Of a stretch of 64,000 nucleotides of DNA, positions 58,466 through 64,000 are shown piece by piece. The notes under the pieces are model-generated. The model made no database searches and was not told the origin of the DNA. It was given only the letters and a program-made list of their open reading frames with translations. Source of the DNA: Fidelibacterota bacterium. Its GTDB lineage: Bacteria > Fidelibacterota > Marinisomatia > Marinisomatales > UBA1611. The stretch covers positions 10,782 through 74,781 of the forward strand of contig JABIHN010000012.1 in assembly GCA_018649625.1 (NCBI GenBank), read 5' to 3'. Every line of letters begins with the position of its first letter. The first letter of the stretch is position 1. The position numbers were made by a program, and so were the translations under genes.

Positions 58466-60321
58466 TAGAAGTCAAAACGATAGTCTTCAATTTCAGACTC
58501 ATCACGCAATGCTTGCAACCAATGACCCCAAATTAAGTTTTGTCTTTGAATAATTAAGCTGAACTTTAATGACTCTTTCTTTTCTTCAAAATCTGATTCA
58601 TTCACTTGATCTATTTCTAATACCTTAATAAATGTTTGACCTCTTAGTGTTGGAAGTGGACCAAGTACGTCATTTACATTAGCATTAAGTAATGCACCTG
58701 ATACATAGTTACTTTTTCCAATAGACTCAAAGCTTCCTACTAAATTTCCACTATCTTCTGCAATATATTCAAAGCTAGAATTATTGCTAGCTATGTCAGA
58801 AAATGTTGTTTCACTGTCGAAGTCTTTGGAAATATTTTGTGCAATATTTTTAAGATTTCTTTTTTGAGTTTCTGCTAAATACTCTGCACTTAATTCTTCT
58901 TTAACTTTTTCAAAATCTATTGTTTCTTCTTTTACTATAGAGTCTAAATAGAAAATAACGACATAATTATCATTGCTTACCACATCAGATATATCGCCAG
59001 GATTACTATTAAATGCAAATCTTACAGCATCTCTCGCTACTCCAATGCCCTGAATAAAGATTGATTCTTTTTGTACTCCGCTTGCATCATTAATAACCAT
59101 TCCTAAAGAATCTGCCAGTTGAACAAATCCAGCTTCTTTAGCATCTAAAGAAAAAATACTAGCCGTATCACTTAAGTCGCTCTCAGTATCTTTCCCTGGA
59201 GCTATAGATAGAAGAATGTGAGAAGCATTTACTTGCTTTGTTCCATCTTCTAGTGTTTTTTTGTCATTCACTTTAATAACATGATAACCAAAATTTGTTA
59301 ATACGGGACCAACTAATTCGCCTGAGTCAGCTTCAAAAGCTGCTTTATCAAATTCTGATACCATTTTACCTTGCTCAAACCATCCAAGCATTCCACCTTT
59401 TGGTAAATTAACGTCCATACTATTGCTAGGATCTTCAGTATACATATTTGCTATATCAGCAAAGTTTTCACCCTGATTGATACGATACATTAGATTTTCA
59501 GCTTCAAGTTTTGTACGGAATGAATCATTAGCACTAGAAACTATAGGCCACTTAACATATTTCATATAACGCATTTCTGACTGCTTATAGTCTTCAATAT
59601 TTTCATTATACAATTCAGTTAATTCTTGGTCAGTAGGTCGACCTAACATCATTCCATCAAAGAAATCATTGCCATCTAAAGCTTTTTCTGTGATATGTAG
59701 TATTTCAATTTTATAGTTTAGAAATCGAGATCTATAGCTATCTATAATATCTTGCTCTGAAGTAGAAGCGCTATTAACTACTAATTGCTGAAGTTTATAG
59801 TTTGGAAGATAAACATCACGCATAAATTCTTCAATTGGACGCCAATCCAATTCTCCTGGATTTAAGATTGCATCCATATATTTTTCTAAGTCAAATTGTC
59901 CACCAGTTTGAAAGGCAGTACTTCCTCTTAAAAATGCAGGAGGATTATTTTTCAATTGATAGAGAACTTCTTCATCGCTTATAGCAATATTATTCTTTTC
60001 AATTTGTTCTTGTATTAATAAGTCTTGTATGATTCGTTCCCAAACTATTGCTCGAATGTATTCTCTATCTTCATCAGTTATATCTTGAGGAGATTGAGAT
60101 TGTAATCTGGTAACTTCATCATTAACTAAACGATTAAAATTTTCATATAGAATTGGTCTACCATTCAATGATCCAACATGACTTCCATTTTGTTGGCCAA
60201 AAATATCACCAATGCTAGCTCCACCTACAAGGCCACCAATAGCCATACTTATAACGAAGAGAACTAAGATAGTCCACATCACTACTTGCATTCGATTTCG
60301 CATGTTTGTAATAATTCCCAT
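58462..60321 (-). CDS. ppiD: periplasmic chaperone / peptidyl-prolyl isomerase PpiD-like
   Basis: N-terminal anchor 'VVMWTILVLFVISMAIGG'. SurA-N-like region. Parvulin domain 'VNASHILL...GGMLGWFEQGKMVSEFDKAAF...GPVLTNFGYHVIKV'. Confidence 0.8.
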   Translation of the reverse strand: MGIITNMRNRMQVVMWTILVLFVISMAIGGLVGGASIGDIFGQQNGSHVGSLNGRPILYENFNRLVNDEVTRLQSQSPQDITDEDREYIRAIVWERIIQDLLIQEQIEKNNIAISDEEVLYQLKNNPPAFLRGSTAFQTGGQFDLEKYMDAILNPGELDWRPIEEFMRDVYLPNYKLQQLVVNSASTSEQDIIDSYRSRFLNYKIEILHITEKALDGNDFFDGMMLGRPTDQELTELYNENIEDYKQSEMRYMKYVKWPIVSSANDSFRTKLEAENLMYRINQGENFADIANMYTEDPSNSMDVNLPKGGMLGWFEQGKMVSEFDKAAFEADSGELVGPVLTNFGYHVIKVNDKKTLEDGTKQVNASHILLSIAPGKDTESDLSDTASIFSLDAKEAGFVQLADSLGMVINDASGVQKESIFIQGIGVARDAVRFAFNSNPGDISDVVSNDNYVVIFYLDSIVKEETIDFEKVKEELSAEYLAETQKRNLKNIAQNISKDFDSETTFSDIASNNSSFEYIAEDSGNLVGSFESIGKSNYVSGALLNANVNDVLGPLPTLRGQTFIKVLEIDQVNESDFEEKKESLKFSLIIQRQNLIWGHWLQALRDESEIEDYRFDFY

Positions 60322-60417
60322 AAGGATGGAATTTATATAAGCATAGATGTGAAAGCAAAACTATTTAACATAAAGTATTTAAGTGATTTTGTTTAAAAAA
60401 CTCCTTATTATTGTTTC

Positions 60418-62634
60418 ATGCATTTCTTACTACTTATATTGCTATTAAATCTGGGTATTTCTCAAGAGAAAACAATTGAATTAGAGGACGTCTTTAATGG
60501 AACCTTTAGCTCATCAGGGATTGGAAGATTTGATTGGATAAATGGAGAAGATGCTTATTATTTTTCTCAATCTGATTCAGATGGAAAGCATTTTTATAAG
60601 TATAATATAGCTTCAGATGATACTACAAAAGCTTTTTCAATCGATTCTGAAGTAATAGATCAATTTAGTTCAACCTTCAGTTCAGATCAGACAAAGCTAT
60701 TACTAAAAACTAATAATGTTAAAATATGGAGACATTCATCTTACGGGACTTATCATGTATATGACATTAACAGCAATAGTATTCAACCAGTTTCTGATGA
60801 ACCAGATAGCTTGCGTAATGTAAAATTTTCTCCTAACAGTGAGCATGTATCTTATATAAGAAATGACAACAATATTTATATATATTCATTAAGCAGTCTC
60901 GAAGAAACTCAGGTAACCTTTGATGGAAGTGAAACAATTTTAAATGGACATTTTGGTTGGGTTTATGAAGAAGAGTTTGGTAGTTATGATGCCTATCGAT
61001 GGAGTCCAAATAGTCAGTATATAGCTTTTTGTAGAGAAGATCAGTCTATGGTAAGAAAATATCCACTTATTGACTATGAGACCAAATATCCTACAGTGAA
61101 ATATATATATTATCCTAAGGCAGGAGAAGATAATCCTGAAGTTTCCATTGGCTTGATAGACATTGTAAATCAACAATCTGATATCCGCACCTTACCAAAA
61201 GATTCCTATTATATTCCAAATATACTATGGCAAAGGAATAGTAATAATTTCTTTGTTACTACATTAAATAGAAAACAAAATGATTGGAAATTATATAGAC
61301 ATGATATTGATACCAATCAGAATACTTTAGTTTTAAATGATAAAAATGATACTTGGATTGATGCATTTGATTTCTTTGGAATGTCAGGTGTTTTCAGTAT
61401 TGATATACTGAATAATGGAGAGATTATTTGGATGTCTGAGCGTGATGGATTTAAACATATCTATAGAAGCCGTACAGATGGAAAGTTTATCAATCAAATT
61501 ACCAGAGGTAAATGGAAGGTAAATGGAATCAATGCTATTGATGAAGAAAATGAGATCATCTATTTCAATGCAAAAAAAGAATCTGAGATGGAAAACCATG
61601 TTTATTCTGTCAGATTTAATGGTTCTAGGCTAAAAAGACTTACAAAAGAAGAAGGGAGTCATTCCGCTTCTTTTTCTCCAACAAAAAATTATTTTATTGA
61701 TACCCATTCTAGTTTTACGAGAACTCCTAAAACTGTCTTAAGATCAAATTCTGGTGCAATTAAACGAATGTTAGCAAGTACAGACAGGAGTAAATTTGAT
61801 GATTATGGATTTACATATCCTAAGCATGTAAACGTATTTACTGATGACGGTACTAGATTGAATGGTATTATTACGTTACCCCACAATTTTGATTCTATGA
61901 ATCAATATCCAGTTATTTTGTATAATTATGGAGGACCTGGATCTCAAATGGTAAACAATAGATGGGGAGTTGGAAGGCATTCTTTTCACCAATATTTTGC
62001 ACAAAGAGGATTTATCATTTTTTCATTTGACAATAGAGGTACCGGAGGCAGAGGGAAAGCTTTTAAAGACCTTGCTTATGGGGACTATGGAAAATATCTT
62101 GTTATTGACCATATTGCTGCAGCTAAATACTTACAAAGCCTAACCTATGTCGATGGAGATAATATTGGAGTATGGGGATGGAGTGGTGGAGGTTATTTGA
62201 CGAATATGTGCATGACTTTAGGTAGTGATTATTTTAAAGCAGGTGTATCTGGTGCTCCAAACGTAGATCCATTATTATATGATACAATTTGGACAGAAAG
62301 ATATATGGGTCTTGTTGATGAAAATCCTGAAGGATACAAGAATGCATCAGTTTTAACCCACGTAGACAAAGCAAAAGGTTTTTTACTTCAAATTCATGGT
62401 AATGCAGATGACAATGTACATCATCAACATTCCCTTCAATTAGCTAAAGCATATGCAGAAAAAGGCAAGCATATGGAAATGTTTATATATCCTAATGCTC
62501 ATCATGGCTTAGGTAATAATAATTTTCTGACATCCGAAGAGACAAAAATTGATGGTTGGGCAAATTACAATCATGCATATAGAAAGATAATTAGTTTTTT
62601 AATGGAGCATTTATCTAATAAAAATCAAGAATAA
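60418..62634 (+). CDS. dipeptidyl-peptidase IV (S9B family serine peptidase)
   Basis: Signal peptide. DPPIV N-terminal propeller ('GHFGWVYEEEF', 'YRWSPNSQYIAF', 'YPKAGEDNP'). Catalytic 'IGVWGWSGGGY', 'HGNADDNVH', 'PNAHHG'. Confidence 0.9.
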   Translation: MHFLLLILLLNLGISQEKTIELEDVFNGTFSSSGIGRFDWINGEDAYYFSQSDSDGKHFYKYNIASDDTTKAFSIDSEVIDQFSSTFSSDQTKLLLKTNNVKIWRHSSYGTYHVYDINSNSIQPVSDEPDSLRNVKFSPNSEHVSYIRNDNNIYIYSLSSLEETQVTFDGSETILNGHFGWVYEEEFGSYDAYRWSPNSQYIAFCREDQSMVRKYPLIDYETKYPTVKYIYYPKAGEDNPEVSIGLIDIVNQQSDIRTLPKDSYYIPNILWQRNSNNFFVTTLNRKQNDWKLYRHDIDTNQNTLVLNDKNDTWIDAFDFFGMSGVFSIDILNNGEIIWMSERDGFKHIYRSRTDGKFINQITRGKWKVNGINAIDEENEIIYFNAKKESEMENHVYSVRFNGSRLKRLTKEEGSHSASFSPTKNYFIDTHSSFTRTPKTVLRSNSGAIKRMLASTDRSKFDDYGFTYPKHVNVFTDDGTRLNGIITLPHNFDSMNQYPVILYNYGGPGSQMVNNRWGVGRHSFHQYFAQRGFIIFSFDNRGTGGRGKAFKDLAYGDYGKYLVIDHIAAAKYLQSLTYVDGDNIGVWGWSGGGYLTNMCMTLGSDYFKAGVSGAPNVDPLLYDTIWTERYMGLVDENPEGYKNASVLTHVDKAKGFLLQIHGNADDNVHHQHSLQLAKAYAEKGKHMEMFIYPNAHHGLGNNNFLTSEETKIDGWANYNHAYRKIISFLMEHLSNKNQE

Positions 62635-62635
62635 A

Positions 62636-63982
62636 CTAAGATAAAGATTGATTTTTTTGAAGATCTTTTTTTTCAGCTTTTAGTGCAATCTTTTGAAACT
62701 TTCTCATAGAATCTTTATGCTCTTTTGTAATCTCAATTAATTCATTGGCCCAAGCTATATCAGCATTTCCCACTAATTCATCTAGTCTATCAATAGTATT
62801 AGTAAACATTTTTGGAAGGAATGATGGGGTAGGAGATCCACCGGTACCTTTAGCTTTTGTTTGATGTCTATATGGGTCAGGTGCTCTTAGAATATACCCA
62901 ACTACCATCTTATAATGATCTATGCGATGTTGAATAATCCATCGAACAGAACTCGCAAGACTCTTCTTTAAGTTTTTATTTGATTCAATGGTATCGAAGT
63001 AGGAAGAATTTTGTAGTTTTTCGCGAGTTTTTACAATCATTGCGTGATGAGCGGGAGGTCTATATCCTACCCTAAATGATTTAAGAAGTTTTGTAAGTGA
63101 ATCAATCTGACAATCATCAGGTAGGTCTTTATCTGCTATAAATCCTTTGCTTAGAATATTTTCGATAATACAAGCATCTACTTCACTATCACATACATAT
63201 GCTTGTGTATGTTTACCTACTCCTGTTATTTCGTCTGCAATAGGGTGATAGGAACTATTAGCACCTGTTTGTCCGTGAAGTCGTGTAATGTAGCGACCTT
63301 CCATGTTATATTTTTTACTATAAGTATCACCGCATCCTTGAAAAAATAATCCCTCATTATCATAGATGCTTCCCTGATTTCCATAGAGTCCTTGAATAAA
63401 AATACGCACTTCTTTATTGTAGAGTAGCGGTTCGCTGACTTTCCACATAGCATTAAAGAGCTGATTGGATTGCTTCAAAGCAAGTTCTATCTTTTCGAGA
63501 TTTTCAGCTATGTTATTGCCATCGATAGCATCCAATGAATTCTGAATCATCATTTTTGATGTACGCTCCATTGCAAGATGCGTCATTCTAAATCCTTGTT
63601 CATTTCCATCAAAATCATGGAATGAGACTACGGGCTTAATTGATCTTATATAATCAATAGTATCTTTCATGTTATCTAAATTATCTAAACTGTAATCTGG
63701 TAATATTCCTGATCGTAGTACATAATCTGCGGCATATTCAAATTCAGCTTGCTGACCTGTAATTCTTGAGGATAAAAGTAATAATCCAGATAAGGGCCAA
63801 GGAATAAAAGAACATGCTTTTTTCCCTCCATTAAAGATTGGTTCAATTTTAATACCATTCGCCAACCAGGAAGTCCAGCACCTTATATCTGCAATAAGTT
63901 GAGCAGATTCTCTGGTAGGCATTTCAATATGCTTTTTAATATGCGCTATAAAATGATCTATTAAGCTATGATCTAATAGCAT
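62636..63982 (-). CDS. indoleamine 2,3-dioxygenase (IDO)-like haem dioxygenase
   Basis: By-eye alignment to human IDO1, this protein first in each pair: 'RIFIQGL' / 'RIYLSGW'; 'GLFFQG' / 'GLVYEG'; 'GQTGANSS' / 'GGSAGQSS'; 'YRPPAHHAMI' / 'YMPPAHRNFL'; 'RIDHYKMVVGYIL' / 'RSYHLQIVTKYIL' (proximal His); 'AKGTGGSPTPSFLPKMF' / 'AKGTGGTDLMNFLKTVR'. Confidence 0.7.
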   Translation of the reverse strand: MLLDHSLIDHFIAHIKKHIEMPTRESAQLIADIRCWTSWLANGIKIEPIFNGGKKACSFIPWPLSGLLLLSSRITGQQAEFEYAADYVLRSGILPDYSLDNLDNMKDTIDYIRSIKPVVSFHDFDGNEQGFRMTHLAMERTSKMMIQNSLDAIDGNNIAENLEKIELALKQSNQLFNAMWKVSEPLLYNKEVRIFIQGLYGNQGSIYDNEGLFFQGCGDTYSKKYNMEGRYITRLHGQTGANSSYHPIADEITGVGKHTQAYVCDSEVDACIIENILSKGFIADKDLPDDCQIDSLTKLLKSFRVGYRPPAHHAMIVKTREKLQNSSYFDTIESNKNLKKSLASSVRWIIQHRIDHYKMVVGYILRAPDPYRHQTKAKGTGGSPTPSFLPKMFTNTIDRLDELVGNADIAWANELIEITKEHKDSMRKFQKIALKAEKKDLQKNQSLS

Positions 63983-64000
63983 GACTTCACTTAATAGTTG

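Noticed and set aside
52609-64000. I had the impression that the last ~11 kb has slightly different sequence texture (more CTAG/TCTAGA, lower GC), which might indicate an assembly join or a foreign segment.
   Set aside because: I could not quantify this by eye. The genes there (lepA, accA, ppiD) are core, and the tight packing continues unchanged. A sliding-window GC and tetranucleotide calculation would be needed.
1-64000. I searched for tRNA, rRNA, CRISPR repeats, IS/transposase, integrase, toxin-antitoxin pairs and known defence-system genes.
   Set aside because: None were seen. Every intergenic gap is under 200 bp, and none shows a cloverleaf-like or repeat-spacer structure.

Overview
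This is an AT-rich, very gene-dense bacterial chromosomal segment. I call 61 protein-coding genes, 57 of them on the + strand, many joined by ATGA/TAATG overlaps or gaps under 15 nt. I found no rRNA, tRNA, CRISPR array, transposase, integrase or phage genes.

The content is mostly core housekeeping:
- Replication and repair: smc, dnaB, ruvX, ruvC, ruvA, dinG, UDG.
- Translation: alaS, lepA, rimO, truA, rpsT.
- Stringent response: rel/spoT.
- Envelope and lipid: lnt, psd, pssA, waaA, a GT9 glycosyltransferase, accA, ispB.
- Secretion: tatA, tatC, ftsY.
- A complete batA-E aerotolerance-type operon.

Several markers suggest an FCB-group, possibly Marinimicrobia-like, streamlined marine lineage. 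These are a T9SS C-terminal sorting domain, the Bat operon, a Bacteroidetes-style RpoZ, DUF5683-like proteins and DPP4. This placement is inference only.

I do not see a clear multi-gene novel system such as a defence island or biosynthetic cluster. The items most worth a second look are:
- a eukaryote-like indoleamine 2,3-dioxygenase homologue (62636-63982, minus strand);
- an unrecognisable orphan gene inserted antisense between dinG and hutH (38283-39152);
- a fused ECF-type ABC ATPase with one coherently degenerate ATP site, located far from its ecfT partner;
- a Bat operon lacking the usual MoxR/DUF58 genes and extended by a SPOR gene;
- a 1154-aa T9SS cargo protein next to a TSP3-repeat outer-membrane protein.

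All family assignments come from motif recognition by eye. No database search was possible.
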